Of a stretch of DNA of 64,000 nt, positions 42,977-55,126 are shown in pieces. The notes below the pieces were generated by a model. It saw nothing but the letters and a program-made list of their open reading frames with translations, had not been told where the DNA came from and ran no database searches. Each line of letters begins with the position of its first letter. The stretch's first letter is position 1. Made by a program: the position numbers and the translations under genes. Source of the stretch: Sarea resinae (lineage: Eukaryota); assembly GCA_026026165.1 (NCBI GenBank), contig JAPEUD010000002.1, positions 558,001 through 622,000 on the forward strand, read 5' to 3'.

Positions 42977-45789
42977 TCAAGCTTCAAGTCCCGTTGTCCT
43001 CCAAGAACAATACTCCAAAATAAGACGCTCCAAATCCATTAGCTTATAAGGTTTGGTCATAAAGCCATTCATGCCGACCCTAGCTGCCCTCTCGAGGGCC
43101 TCTCCGGTCACATCGGCACTTACGGCCAGGACGGTTGGCGGATTCTGTGCGTGCTTCTCCATGTGCAGAATTCTTTCGGTGGCTTCATAGCCATCCATGC
43201 TGGGCATCCACAAGTCCATCAGCACAACATCGATCCGTCCGCCTTCATGTCGATCGATCTCCATCTGGCGTACAGCTTCTGCGCCGTCGTACGCCTCATG
43301 TATGTCGGTATATCCAAGTTTCTTCAACATGTGAACAAGGATTCTTCTATTGATCTTGTTATCTTCGGCGACGAGAAAGGTCATTGGATATTTCTCGGCA
43401 AGTTTTTTGTTATGCTCGATGGGCTTGGAAGAGGTATGCTTTCTAGACGCGCTATCACTGATGGAGTGGTCTTGGGGCCCAGGGGAAGAGGCGAAGCGTC
43501 CAGGGGTCGGCTGGATAATTGCAGTTGCGCGAGATTGTCCATCTTTGATATAATCAGTCTGGCTGAGAAGATCATCTACCGTGTTTGAACGAGACGAAGG
43601 CTGAAGAAAATTACGAAGAGGTGTATAGTCGGCATTTGGGGATGTTCGCGATGGACACGAAGATGGTGTTGGGGTTCGTAACGGAGTCGAAGACCGACTG
43701 GTATCCTCAGGAGGATTGATGGGGACACGAATTTCGAAGTCGGACCCCTTGTTTGGGCCAGATGTTTCCGAACGGACGCAGAGCAGATCGCCACCAATCT
43801 TACGGACTAGCCCCTTGGCTACTAGCAGTCCAAGCCCGAGGCCTTCTTTTTTGCGCGTTAAAGAATCGTCTTCCCTGGAGAATGGCTTGAAAAGGTTCGG
43901 TAAGAATGCTTCGGGTATGCCTGAGCCTGTATCTCTGATGTTGATTACTACATAACGAGATTTTGGGCTTCGCGTGGCGTCAAGGGTAATCCTTCCACGC
44001 TCGGTGAATTTGAGTGCGTTCAGGAAGACCGAAGAGATGACCTTTGTGAGGATAGGTTCATCTACTAACCAAGCGTTAGCAATCGCATCCAATCAGCCAG
44101 CAAGAAGCTTGCATTGATACTCACTATAGAGAGTCTCAGGAATCGATGGATCGACAGACCACTCGATCCTTTTCATTCTCAGACTTCCAGCGGGAGCCTT
44201 TGTCCTGACTTCGATGGTCTCGCCCAAGTCCGTATCCTCTGCAATGGCCGACTCGGGCCTTCCACCTACTCGCAGTGCCTCATTGATGATATAATGAAGC
44301 AGTTCGCGGAATGTTGTGTGTCGAAGACTCGTGGAGGAGCTAGAATCCAAGTCGAGTGTGATCTCTGGAGAGTCGATCTTGGCCGGAACTGAGACAGATG
44401 GATTCGAGGTTTCGTCTTCTTCCGGTCGAGTTGCGGGCAGGCCACTTATTACCCCTTGAATCTCTCGGACGGCCATTTTCAAGCTCTGGTTGCTGGGTGA
44501 CGCAGTGCGAGGGCGTGAGGAGACATCAGCAGCTCCAATCACCCTTTGTTTAGTGGCAGACCCTGTGCCAAGCGAAAAAGATTCGGCTCGACGCCTTTTC
44601 GTCCCCTGGAGAGTGACGGGTATATTGTTTCCCTCAACAAGAATGCTTGGACGCTTTTCCTTGGTGGCGACGGCTGTCAAAGCCTCTCCTGCCTCATCAT
44701 CCATGGAGACTATAGGGGTATCCGGAATCTCCATATTCAAGTCGTACGCTCGGACCACATTATCTGCGGCTTCAACTGCCCTCCTCGAGCTGTCTACAGT
44801 AGCGTCAGCGAAGTCTCTCCATACAAAGGAATCTTTAACGGTGTTCAATTACCCTGGACGACCTCGATGTCCTCTTTGAGAGCTTGGAAGACTTTCCTGA
44901 CATGACCATGGCTCTGGCCTTCGACGGCTTCTTTGACTGTAGCGTGCATGACATCCAACATCCCGACAACACCTTGCATTGGGGTCCTGAGCTCATGAGA
45001 TAAACTGCGCGCGTACGGCTTCAGAGACTGAGTGGCAGAAATGGCCTCCTGTGGAATGACGCGAGTCGAAAGTGGAGTTTTGGGACACTTCGTAAAGCTC
45101 CTCCCTGAAAGCACACGATCCAGAATAAGATCCTCCAAGGAATGCAAGAGCATTTCAATATAGCCCCACCCCAACGTCCGTTTCTGAGCACCTTCCAGTG
45201 ACCACAAGGCTCCGAAATGGGCAAAGCATTTGCCCTCTGACACTAGCGGAATACCGAGATATGCCTCGCAAGGTATTGGGAGTTTGTTCGGGTTTTCCAC
45301 GATGAAGTCATTGAACTTCTCTGGAATAATGAAGACTTTGTCGTGCCGCATGTACCCACAAGGGGCGCCATACGCCATATATTTATAGTTCCGGTAGAGA
45401 TCCTTCATGCCATGGCCGTCATTGATGTAGAAAGCGAGTCCCATCAAACACGAACCAGGCTCTCCAATCGGCGGCATCTCGATTGCGGAGTGCTCGTCGT
45501 CGAAGAGGATACGCTTTGCGACGAAGGCATATTGTGACCCGGTTATGTCGCTCATACCCTCCATCAACAATTCCCAGAACGACTCAGTGTCTGCATCTTT
45601 CAGCTTTGCCTTTAGCTCGACCAACTTTTCGGCTGCATTGTTCTCTGGCGCGGCATAGTACCGTCGCAGCTCCTCCCCAAAGTGCTCGTCCCCTTCATGA
45701 AGAATGACACCTGGCCCGGGCGTTGACAGGCACAGCGTCTTCCTCTGCACCAGCTCAGGTGGCTCTTTCTCGTTATTTTCCATGTCCAT
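42977..45789 (-). CDS. Hybrid sensor histidine kinase (GAF-like, HisKA, HATPase, receiver), at least 3 exons; start uncertain
   Basis: H-box LSHELRTPMQG, N-box FLNALKFT, G1 DTGSGI, F-box LFKPF, G2 GLGLGL, receiver LVAEDN..VLMDLWMPSMDG..TKP. Confidence 0.92.
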
Positions 45790-48700
45790 CGGCAGGTCCT
45801 CGCCTTGAGGAACCCGCTACAGCTTCGTCCTCTAGCGAAGCCACTGTTGCTGCGTAAAGTCCGTTCTCGGGAAGATGACTTACGGTCGATCGGCTCACGC
45901 TCGGTAGGATAGACGCGACTGTGAACTCGTTCCGGGATGAGGGAAGGCCGACTGAACTGGCGAATGCTGCTGGGGATGCTGCTGGGATTGAAGTGCAAGC
46001 CGGGAGAATCAACCTCGATGGGATGTCTGTGTATCTCTCCCTGTGCGAACATGCATTAGTGACAGGCTACGAATGCCATGATCCACGATGTACTCCGTAC
46101 CTCTCTTTTTGCGTTCTGACGTCTCCGTAATCCTCTCTGTTGTCACCTGAAAGATGCGATTCGATTCGATTCGTTTAGTTCTTCTTTCTTTCGCCCTCAA
46201 GGATGTGCAATGTGCAGTGTGCAGCGTGCAATGTTTAATGTGGAAGGTAAGGTGTAATGTGCAATCGTGCAGGTTCCCACTCAGTCAAGGTACCTACTTC
46301 GTACTCCCGGCGAGATCTCCACCTTCGTACCTTCTTCCTACGTAACGGAGTAGCAATGATTGATGGGATATTATTCTTATTTTCTAGGCGAGTACTCCGG
46401 AGTAGACTACCGACGAGGCTTCCCCGCAACCGAAGAGGTCGTTGCAGGATGGTCTGTGTATCGTGTGTATCGGGTGTATCGGGTGTATCGAATGTGTACA
46501 GAGCATGTGCGACAAGCCTTGGAATGAATCTTGGTGAACACCTCAATTAGTTCCAAACCGAAGACAGAAAGGCAACAAGGCGAAAAGGCAAATGGACGGA
46601 TGGTGTCACAGCCACAACCACAACCGCCATCTATGTCCACTACCTTACCTTACGACATCCTGCGCACTAAGAGATCCACACCGACGTGATGGACATGATG
46701 AACATGATGGACATGACGGACATGGGGAACAACTTGACGTTTATGCAGGGCTCGATACATCAAAAGAACATAGGTAGGACGGCAACCTTCTTCGAACAAT
46801 CCTCCTAAGATGAGCACACACTCACACTCACCGAACTCGCTCAACTTCTTCGACAATCGGGTCAAATCATCACCAGGCCGAACAATCTGCTGTGTGTACT
46901 CCATACCATCCGTATACTGCTAGGGTATCATCCTTGGAAAAAGGAGCGGGCTGGATGGCACCCGTAGTGCTACGTTAATCCCGTGCATGGTTCATGTTGC
47001 TTAGGTGCTTCCAAGTTGCTTTCATGGGCCGTGATGTGATCGCTGTGATGACGCGACGGCGCAAAGAGGCTGAAATGGCTCGCAAATTTCCCATTTTCGA
47101 TCTCCCCACGGATCCAGTCTTGAGAATTCGGATCCTCCATAAGTGGATACAGCGCGAATATCATCAGATCTCTAGAGCTTCGTCGGCTCTGCTTGACTTC
47201 ACGCCCGTCGTACTTGGTCCATGTCCCAACACTACTCCGGAGTAGTAAAGGTACTCGTGAGCAACTTCGGCAAGTACAGATGGAAAAGAGAGATCCTCGG
47301 AGATGGCATGAGTTGATGCGCACCTAGGCGAGCGGTAGTGGTACTCCGATCACTTTCGTTCAGGCGGGTAGCCGCCTCCGGTTGACCCCCTTGGGTTACT
47401 CGATGCGCTATTGTAGATAACGGTGGGCACCCATGCGCACCCTAGACGGGCCGTGAGAGTCTAGATCGCAGACCTTGGCCTAGAGAGCCGGGGGGAGGGG
47501 GGGAGGTCACACCACCACAACCACCGCTGTATTGGTGATCCAGGGGCACAGCTGGGCATGACTTCCATGGATGCTAGCACCAACGTAAGGTGGGTAGGTG
47601 AGCACGCAGTACCCGTGGATGTACGAAGAGTAGGTACGCCCTCGTACCGTTACTGTGCGGGATAGAAGAGAATCATCACTGGGGTTCCAGCATCCGTTAG
47701 GTCGTCAATTTCACCGTGCTATGGCCAAGCAGACAAGCTAGCGTGTGAAGGGACCAGCCCAAGGCATTGGCGGCGTAGAGCACATATGCATCCATACGAT
47801 ATGAATGAGATACTCACATAGTACTCATACGGGAACCGATGACTGGACTCCGAAACACGCTCGGGCCGGACAATAGTAGGAGGCGCCTCAGCCGGTGGAA
47901 TGAGGCGGCCGGTACGGGAATAATGTAAGGGAGGTGGGCGGCAAAGCAATTGCGCGACTCGGGCACACGAACTGGACATGTCGTCGGATGATGGGCCATC
48001 CGAGAAAACAAAGAAGAACACGGTATCCTATTCCGCATGCAACGAGGGATGGAGAGGTTGGCCGTGATTTGGAACTGTCGGTATCTTCCAACCTACAGCG
48101 TGGTGGAGCGGGCGTCCGAAAAATACTACCAGGAGACCGAAGGTAGGCGGGAGGCCTGGCGGTAGGCGGTACCTACCGACAACGGGCCAAACCAGTTGAG
48201 CAAGGCCAAGCGACTCGAGGGGAATATCTCGCCTTGATCAACGCAAACGACAGCGAAACAATGCAAAGTGCTCATCCCTCTCAGCCTTGGGCCAGACGAC
48301 TGGACGATGTGCACATTGTACATGGCCCACTGTTATGTACGGTATATTGAAGAGGCACGTTGTTGTCCATTGATGGTATGAGATGTACGAAGTACTTGGT
48401 AGCGCTGAGAGATACTGTAGCTAAGGTAGGTAGGTAGGTGGGTGTATGTGGTCGCTGGGCGAATCTCCTTTTCTTCTCGTGACGGTCTTTGGAGGTTCGA
48501 GAACTCAAACCCCTCGCCCCCAGCAGAGCACGCAATTTCTCTCCGGCTTGCCGTCCACACAAGCCATTTCGTGCCTATGAAAGAATACACCTCACAGAAC
48601 AATATCGAAGTATCTGCGGCATCTGATGCACATCTACTATGTAGTACTCCGAGAGTACAGCCATTCGCGATGGGTCGGGGTCTAGACCCTTGATCGTCGA

Positions 48701-49251
48701 TCAATGGCGGCTTTGACGAGGCCGACAGACGCCCTCAGACGCCGCCCGAGTCCTCCAAGTCATTACTCTTCTGACCTTTCTCTTGGCGCTTCTGGTAGGA
48801 TCCCACGGTCTACTGCGTAGCGGACAAAGGCCAAGCCAACGTGCGAGGCACTGCGCAGTACTACAGTACTTCGTGCTAGGCAAGGACTGCTACTATGAGC
48901 TAATGGCTGGCAACGCGAGCCAATGCAGCTTGACGTCAACGGCTTGCCCACCCGCAGCTCTCGTTCTTTTTGCGCACCTGCATCTAGGACCGATGGACGA
49001 TGGGAATAACGACCATACTACGTAGTAAACACGGATTGGCAGTGCTTGGATCGTTCGTGGTGCTGAGCGGGTAATCTACGAACATTCCGTACCTAGGTAG
49101 GTAGTCAACGAATTCCATTACTACCTAGAACAGTCTATTGCCTGGTAATTTACCTGATCCTTGATCGAGTGCTGAGGAGCGAGGCTTACTGGACTGGAGC
49201 ATAACCTTGAATCATTTGTGCAGCAGTACCTAGAGCAAGCACTCCTGGACT

Positions 49252-49252
<1 letters not shown>

Positions 49253-49296
<44 letters not shown>
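49253..49296 (+). repeat. (CT)22 microsatellite
   Basis: Read directly from the sequence. Confidence 0.95.
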
Positions 49297-49299
<3 letters not shown>

Positions 49300-52183
49300 A
49301 TAACAGCGCGGCCAGGCCATCCGTCTGGAACATTGCCGAAAAGCCGAAAATCTCCGGGGTGCATCGACACTGTCGACGAATCATACAAAACGCAGCCCGG
49401 TAGTACTCTACTTTACTGAGTACTCTACTGAACGACAAACCGCCCCCAAATACTACGTATCCCGTCCATTGCGTCTACGATGTACCAGGTTGCAAGGTCA
49501 AGGTCAGCTACGGATCCCGTCGTCTTCCACTCGAACGATGAACCTCAAGGATGGCTCAACCCCGTCTTTGAATTGGCGCAGACCGTTCCACGGTACCGGG
49601 CAGATATCCGACCACAATACCTGCAACGTTATCGAACAGCTGCGTACCGCAGTAGGTACCCATTCGTACCATCATTGATGTACCATAGTAGGGAGATGAG
49701 GTACCGCGTAGACTGCAGGCAGGCTACCTGCGGGCAGCCCTGGAGATGCTTGCCGGTGCTCAAACCCCTCAGGGACCGGCTCTCGACCATGTCTGGCCTT
49801 GTCTGGACTCTCTTCTGGCCACGGACGATAGGCTGTTCTCTGCAGCTCTGCAGCTGTCTACTATGTACTACATACTCCGAGTACAGATCGCATCGACTAT
49901 CGACACCTAGTAGTCCCAGCTTTATCAGATGCCCATTACTATGTACGTAGTACTCCGTCGACTCCGAATCCAGCTGGAGGGTTCCCGAGAGCAATATCTG
50001 AGTACTCGAGCAGGGAGCACTTTGGAGGTACGAATCGAAGTACACATGGTTACCACACCACAGACACACACGACCGGTCGATTCAGATCTGTGGAATACC
50101 GCCAGCTCTATCGAATTGCAATCAGTAGACGTGGAGTAGAAACGTATTTCCTACCATGGGAACAAAGTCCGCCATCAATAATACTACGGAGTACTACGTA
50201 GTAATTCTCATGTCCTCGATCAGAGGCTATGTCACTGTCACTGTCACGACATCCTCTCTTCTCCCCTCTCCCGTCATTCATCCCTTCCGACAACATGTCA
50301 TCGTAACTCTAATTCGATAGCTATTACCCTTTCGCAAACGTACAACGGATCTATACAGTCCGCTGTGCAACACTGTCTCAAGCACCTACCGCAGTACAGT
50401 AGACAGAGCACGAACTGTTAACATTGAAAAACTCTCTCTGCAGGGGGAATAAATAAGCCACTGTTTGACGCCTCTCAGCCACGCGGCCTTCTTTTTGTGT
50501 CCAACTCTTTTCCCATTCCATTCCTCCCGCTCGCGACAGAGCAAATCCCCACAGCCCTGTCGTCATGTCTCAGAACACGAGACACCCGACGCCTCGAACT
50601 CAATCCCACATTGACATCCATGATCCATCCATGCCAAAGGACCTTACTTCTGCCCAGACAGAAAAAAGACATGACCACAAATCTTCCGATGGATTGAGTT
50701 TCTTTGCGTCGTTAGGGATTGTCTGTCTACCTACGGAAGCAAAGGGCTGCAGCGGTGATGGAAGAGATGACTCTTGAGCGTCGCCTCGCGCCTTGATGCA
50801 ATCCAGCCGAGCAGGCACACAAACACGCAAGCAAGCCACAACTGACACATTCCAGGTCCGACTACGGAAAATCTTGAGGCTGAAGTGTGATGCGTCGAGC
50901 AGATGACGCCGAGGCGCACGCACGGGCAGGGACATGGACAGGGACGGCGGACCATCGAGACACCTACACGCAGCATCTCGAAAACACCTGGACACGCTCA
51001 GATGCAGCTGCGTCATATCTATCTCGGCGCCGTAGCTTCATCAAAGGTAGGTTTGAGAGAGGGGAGACGTTTCGCTGACACGGAACTGGCTGTGAAACAG
51101 CGAGCGATTCTGAAAAGAGTCATTAGTACCTTCGTGTTTATGACATCTCTGCTCGTGTCTATCGCGTAGAAGATGCTTGCATTCAGAAGAGGGAGCGATT
51201 TATATCGAGGGTCGAGGGTAGACGATACTGTTAACATATCGAAGACCAGCAGGTTAAGAGGGTGTCCAAAAAGCAGTTTGACTTTTCTTCTACTTTGGTC
51301 GTCGTATTGAAATTTGATGGAGGACCGTGGTATTTACGTTGACGCCAATGCTAATGTTGATCAGCTTATATTATTTTTGGTATTCCTGTCAATACCAATA
51401 TCAACATCAAAAAACCCTCAACACTCTTATCTCACTCTCACTCTCGCTCTCCTCTCCTCTCCTCTCCATGAAGCCCTTCAATAACTATTACCATGATTCA
51501 CAGCCTATTTCTTCTTCTCCCTCTATCAGTCTAAAACACGTATAATAAAACCAGAACTCCCCACCACCAAGAACGAAAAAACAAACAAACAAACAAACGC
51601 ATCAATACAAAGCAACCAGTAGCCTAACATATTGTTCTTGTTTCAGAAGCATAAGGTGATCATGAAAGAGCGTCTCTGATAATGATATGATATCTTACCG
51701 ATAGCGGCATGTGGGCTTTGTTCTACCTAACCAAGGTATGCACTTGGTGGCTTAGCTGTTGATCTGCTTTTTGTTTGTTTGTTGGATGGAAGAGGCAAGA
51801 GGTCGTGTTTGGTACTGTGTTGTGGTAGGATGTGGTAGGATGTAGTGTGGTATGCGAGACGGGGGCTATGAATCCTTGGATCGGAGAGGGATGTGGAAGG
51901 ATGGATGGGGGAGGCTAGTGGAAGGACTTGCTGGCTGGTTGGCTGGCTGGCTGTGAGAGGACACGGGAATTTGTGTTTAAGTTGCAGAGGATAGGGTGAG
52001 GAGGATAGGATGGAGAGGACAGGGTAGAGGAGATATGATAGAGAAAACAAAATAAACAGCACAAGCTAGCCAAAAAACAAAAAAAAAACAAAAAGAAAAC
52101 AGACCCGAAACCTCAAAGGCGTACATTTATGGATTCGTCCACGAGTAGGAAACGTTGGGGGTTAAGGGGCGCGGGAGGAAGAG

Positions 52184-52312
52184 GAAGAAGAAGAAGAAGA
52201 AGAAGAAGAAGAAGAAGAAGAAGAAGAAGAAGAAGAAGAAGAAGAAGAAGAAGAAGAAGAAGAAGAAGAAGAAGAAGAAGAAGAAGAAGAAGAAGAAGAA
52301 GAAGAAGAAGAA
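52184..52312 (+). repeat. Perfect (GAA)n microsatellite, ~43 units
   Basis: Read directly from the sequence. Confidence 0.97.
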
Positions 52313-52567
52313 TCTAGTATCCGAAAAGCCTTGACCAGACTCTCGATGGATGGATGGATCAAGTAAAACACACAGGTAGGGGCGCCACGCTGATCTCGAA
52401 TGCGAATGAAATAGAACCGGACGGGATCTTGAGGCAAGATCACGGAGAACGTGACGAGACTGACTGGGTTTTTCTGATCGGTGGAGAGGGCCGAGGTGAC
52501 ATAGATGGTCGGTGAGTGAGAATTCTGGTCGTCTACTATGGCAAGGGGTCTGCGATATGTAGAGATA

Positions 52568-52611
<44 letters not shown>

Positions 52612-52935
52612 GCGGACTATAGAGGAGAGCCGGTTGTAAGCGGGCTGCTTGGTGGGTTTATTCTTTCCTTTCTCTTTTTTGCTATAGTGATGATAGGAGA
52701 CACGTCCGGCTTTTGCTTGCGATTTCCGGTAAATACACAACCCGTCCCCGCCCACCCGCTCGATATCAATAATCGTACATATGCCTTTTCGGTCTATGGA
52801 GAAGGGCGATGTCTAGAATTATCCACACTGCCCGGATTTCGACATGTCTATTTACCCACTCATTCGCGTCCACTTTTGATCTTTCAACTCGCTCTCTCCT
52901 TCTCTCTCTCTCGCTTCATGACTCCGAATGCATAC

Positions 52936-54691
52936 TCAATCACTCTCGCTCTCGCTCCCACTCTGCCCCTCGTCCGAGACGTGCCCGTTCTTGGCGTCCA
53001 GAGCATCTTCCTCGCTCGTGCGCGCGTGCATCACGAAGGCTTTCAGACAAGTGATACGGTTGCCAGTGTTGTAAACGCCTAGAAGGGTGCCTATTTGCGG
53101 CGGAGTGGTAGCCGTTGCAGCAGCCGCAGCAGCCGCATCTTTCGTCGTCTCTGTATCATGTGCGCCATTCTCTGTGGTGGTAGTATTGGCAGATTTAGAA
53201 ACTATCTTGCCCGTTTTCTTCTCGTCCGTCTCCGTGGTAAGCGTGCCTGTCGTCGTTTTCTCATCCACAGACAAGATGCCGGATCCTAAATTCTCGACGC
53301 TCAGACTCCACAGTCGGACCGCGCCGTCGCTGCTCCCCGCTACAATCAAAATGCTGCCGCCTAGGGCCCCTCCGTTGGCGGGGAGGTGGAGCACCTCGAA
53401 GGCTTTGATGCGCGTGGATTGGATGGTGCCGGCTGCTTTGCCGCCGAGTTGGCCGATGGCACGGCATTTTGGGATGGAGGGGGTGGTGGAGGTTGAGGGA
53501 TCAGGGGCAGGGGTGAAGGAGGTGGTGGAGTAAAAGATGATACGTCCGTCTTCTGTCGAGACGGCGAGGATGTCAGGAGAATCGCTGTCGGAGTCGGCCG
53601 AATCCCCATTCTCGGGGGAAGGTGGCGAAAGGGAGATGTATTTGATCTGGTGAATTTTCGTCGAAGGAGACGGAACGATGCGGCCTTTAGGCTTGGAATC
53701 CTATCTTCTGTTAGTCTCTGCAGTCGACGACATCAATGAGATCTGGACCCACCATGCCGAAGACTACGGCACCTCTCTCAAATGCGACGACGAATTCTTC
53801 TCCTTTACTATCCCACTCCACCGCTCTTCCCTCCCCAGTAGCCCATCGAGGCTCTCCCACTTCCTGCAACATCTCCTTCCCGAACGTAAGCACGCCGGCT
53901 TTCTTGCCCGTCACCAGATTCCACAGCCGCATTGTCCGCTCCCCCTTGCCCACACTGACCATCAGCTTCATGCTGGGATGCACGGCGAAATCTGTGACTC
54001 CCGCGGGCACTTCACCGGGCCCCGCCGTATCTCCGCTCGGCCTACCCACCGGTTTCGGTATCGGTGCTTTGATGGTCGACAGAACCGTCCAGTCGCGCGT
54101 GCGTGTTACGGCAATGGTGTTGTCTTCTGCTGCGGAGAGAAGCTTGGAGCGGGTGGGGAAGTACAGGGCGGTGATGCTTGAGGAATGGTGGAGCAGAGAG
54201 CCCAATTCGCGGTTTTTGGGATTCTCGGTGATGGTGGTACCGGCCAGTGTCGGGATGGCCACGGCGGCACCCTTACTGCTCGATGTCTGCGGTGGGGGAG
54301 GTGTGAGAGAGAGGTGATAGAGGTTGATGCGCTCGTCGGTGCTGCCGCTCGCCAGGATGACTTTGGGCGGCTGTTTGGGGTCTTTTGAGGTGGAGGGCGG
54401 GGAGAGGGCCAGACACCTGATGGCGGAGGCATGGGCACCAAAGAGGAAGGCATCGGTGAAGTTCACTTCGGGGTTGGTGGTGTGCAGGGACTGGGGGATC
54501 GTGGCGATGATGCCGTGGAGGACTCGTTCGTAGGAGCCGGTGATGATCTGGATGGTGATGGGTGGCTGTTCTGAGGATGAGGATGAGGATGAGGATGATG
54601 ATGATGATAAGGATGCAGCTGTTGCTGGCTTCTTGACATGGTCGATGCCATCGCCATCGTCCGGCCGCTGACTGCGCTTTCTCTTCGCCAT
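52936..54691 (-). CDS. MAK11: WD40 60S-biogenesis factor Mak11 (PAK1IP1-like), 2 exons
   Basis: MAKRKR start; IQIITGSYERVLHG; ILASGSTDERINLY; ELGSLLHH; FAVHPSMKLMVSVGKGE; LWNLVTGKKA; NRITCL; acidic tail. Confidence 0.92.
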
Positions 54692-55126
54692 CTGCAAGCG
54701 TGACGAGAGAAGAGAGAAGAAGAAGGCGTGGTGATGGCCATTTCGTCAGATTATTTTCTCTTTCCGGTGATATCAAAACTCGCTTGGCCGTGGCCCGAAG
54801 CGGGCTAGCGCGGCGACAAGCGAGGCGGGCAGCGAATGGCGATGCGGCGACGAGGTGGGATTCCTCTTCTTAACGCAACATCCAACGACGGCCACTGCAC
54901 CAACCAAAGGGGCCACACACCCACTCGCCCACTCAACCGCCTGCACGCCGCTCCACTGGCAACGACGAGACTTCGCGTGAGAGAGAACTTCAACCCCTTC
55001 GAGCAGCCTCCCCCCGCCACCACGACCATCGACCGGCAACCATCGACTCCATCGTCAAACCGATGCTTCCATCATCTCCCGCGGCCCCTCTTTCCCCCTG
55101 TGCCCTTTTCTCGCGGATGTTGTTCA

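Noticed and set aside
51640..51770. TGAT/CTGA motifs resembling a box C/D snoRNA
   Set aside because: No proper RTGATGA C box with terminal stem, and no recognisable rRNA guide.
52127..52755. ORFs with poly-F, poly-R or poly-S
   Set aside because: Artefacts of translating the (GAA)n microsatellite.
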